Assembly: GCA_965224025.1 (NCBI GenBank)
Contig: OZ245033.1
Span: forward strand, 4,000,001 to 4,064,000
Direction: 5' to 3'
From: Candidatus Multivorans sp.
Lineage (GTDB): Bacteria > Acidobacteriota > Thermoanaerobaculia > Multivoradales > Multivoraceae
DNA: 64,000 nucleotides
The notes below the pieces were generated by a model, which was given only the letters and a program-made list of their open reading frames with translations, did not search any database and was not told the origin of the DNA. The position numbers and the translations under genes are program-made. Of this stretch, positions 62,656-64,000 are shown in pieces (positions within the stretch are counted from its first letter, which is position 1; each line of letters opens with the position of its first letter).

Positions 62656-62789
62656 AGCTTGTTCCATGCAAGTCAGCGCGGCACGAAAGCGCGGAGCCGC
62701 CTGCGGTCGGAGCCCCCGGCGTTTGCTGCTGGCCTGTATCCTGCATATACATTCTCCCTCTCACTTCCTCACTTCGGCCTCACTTCCGC

Positions 62790-64000
62790 ATGACCAGGAA
62801 CACCAACAACCCGAGCCGACGGCGACGCTGGCGCCGCATGCGACCGGCGGCCCTGCCCGCCGGCCTTCTGGGCTGCGCGCTCTTCGTGCCGATCGGGAAT
62901 CCGGCCGGCGCCCAGGATCCGGCCGCCCTGGAACAACCCTCAGCCGCGGTCCCGGATGATCCGATCGCCGCCATTTCCGGTATCTGGATTCGCGACGAAC
63001 GGCTGAGCGAGAACCCGATCGAGAAGCTCGAGGAGACCTACGGCCAGACCTTCGGCGGCGGCCCCGGACGCTCCCGCGGCGCAACGCCGGGCAGCGGCCC
63101 CGCCGGCGGCTTCGGCACCGGCGGCCAGGCCGGCTTCGGCCCCGGGCGCGGCGGACGCGGCAGCGGCCCGGGCGGCACCCAGGACGGCCCGTCGACGATG
63201 CGGGAGATGGCGCGGGAACTCGCAGAGCGGCTCGACGTGCTCCTGATCCGGATCGACGACCCCCAGGTCCTCATCCGCAACGCGAAGCGAGAAGACCGCA
63301 TCCTCTTCCTCGACGGACGCGACATCGCCGATGGTTTCGGCGGTCGCAGCCGGGCTCGACTCCTGGGCGACTCGCTCGAAGTGGAGACCTCTTCCCTGGG
63401 CCGGCAACGGATCGAGACCTTCTACCTGGAAGGCGATCAACTCGTGCTCGTGACCGACCTGCAGGGCGGCCGCTTCGCCGACCTCTCCTTCCGAACCGTG
63501 TATGAGCGTTCCGGCGACGCTCCCCCGCCTCCGGCGCCCACGACCACGGCGCGTGCGGCCGCCGCCAGCCCCGAACCAGATGACGACGGCTTCAACAAGG
63601 CGGACTACCTGCCGCCGGTGAGAGGCACCGCGGACCGGCGGACCCAACGTACCGACACCACTCGCAGCGCCCGGCCGGCGACCATCCGCATCCTGCCGCC
63701 CGAGAAGGGTCACCGGGAACTCCTGAGCGGCCGGGTGCTGATCCAGACGCTGACGATCGATCCGCAGATCGCCGTAGTCGAGTTCCTGCTGGACGGCGAG
63801 GAAGCAGGCCGCTCGAACCGGCCACCCTTCGAGGCCCGAATCGAACTCGCCGACCCGCCGCGCGAACACACGATCGAAGTCAAGGCCTACGGAGCCCGCG
63901 GCGCGTACGCGGGCAGCGACAGGATCGTGCTGAACCGCCTCGATCCTCCGTTCGCGGTACGGATCGCGGGAATCAGCCCCTCCCCTGGGGCAGGCAAACA
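62790..64000 (+). CDS. Secreted protein with a Gly-rich linker and Ig-like domain, 3'-partial
   Basis: Open + frame to the window end (not in the track); signal peptide ending AGA-QDP; 'VEFLLDGE...RPPFEARIEL...HTIEVKAY'. Confidence 0.7.
   Translation, partial: MTRNTNNPSRRRRWRRMRPAALPAGLLGCALFVPIGNPAGAQDPAALEQPSAAVPDDPIAAISGIWIRDERLSENPIEKLEETYGQTFGGGPGRSRGATPGSGPAGGFGTGGQAGFGPGRGGRGSGPGGTQDGPSTMREMARELAERLDVLLIRIDDPQVLIRNAKREDRILFLDGRDIADGFGGRSRARLLGDSLEVETSSLGRQRIETFYLEGDQLVLVTDLQGGRFADLSFRTVYERSGDAPPPPAPTTTARAAAASPEPDDDGFNKADYLPPVRGTADRRTQRTDTTRSARPATIRILPPEKGHRELLSGRVLIQTLTIDPQIAVVEFLLDGEEAGRSNRPPFEARIELADPPREHTIEVKAYGARGAYAGSDRIVLNRLDPPFAVRIAGISPSPGAGK

Overview
High-GC bacterial DNA; the gene content (DUF6152, 'PRTxxGxPD' secreted proteins, VWA/Ig proteins, many PQQ dehydrogenases) suggests Acidobacteriota, possibly host-associated (inference). 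Core-like genes include groES-groEL with a CIRCE, fabF, an M16 peptidase pair, an AGCS symporter, an Opp/Dpp ABC operon, a ROK kinase, a CoA-transferase plus HACL-type lyase and an amidohydrolase pair plus Rieske protein. These alternate with eroded accessory islands carrying three TA loci, IS630, two ISL3 copies, IS3/IS21/IS1111 remnants and many deleted or frameshifted genes. Main highlights: (1) a TIR-less, CTAG-bounded mobile element (9435-11295) encoding an unclassified protein with a Rep_trans-like motif and a C-terminal wHTH, plus a 135-bp non-autonomous copy and two isolated ends; (2) a secreted phospholipase A2-like gene split at one CTAG by that mini-element and IS630; (3) an unannotated 57-aa secreted peptide with a C-C-CC-C-C (knottin-like) pattern in a decayed BlaI/BlaR-propeller-ABC cluster; (4) a Dph6-like ATPase-AraC fusion flanked by two copies of a 68-bp upstream element. 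No rRNA, tRNA or CRISPR array was recognised. All family calls come from motif recognition, not database searches.
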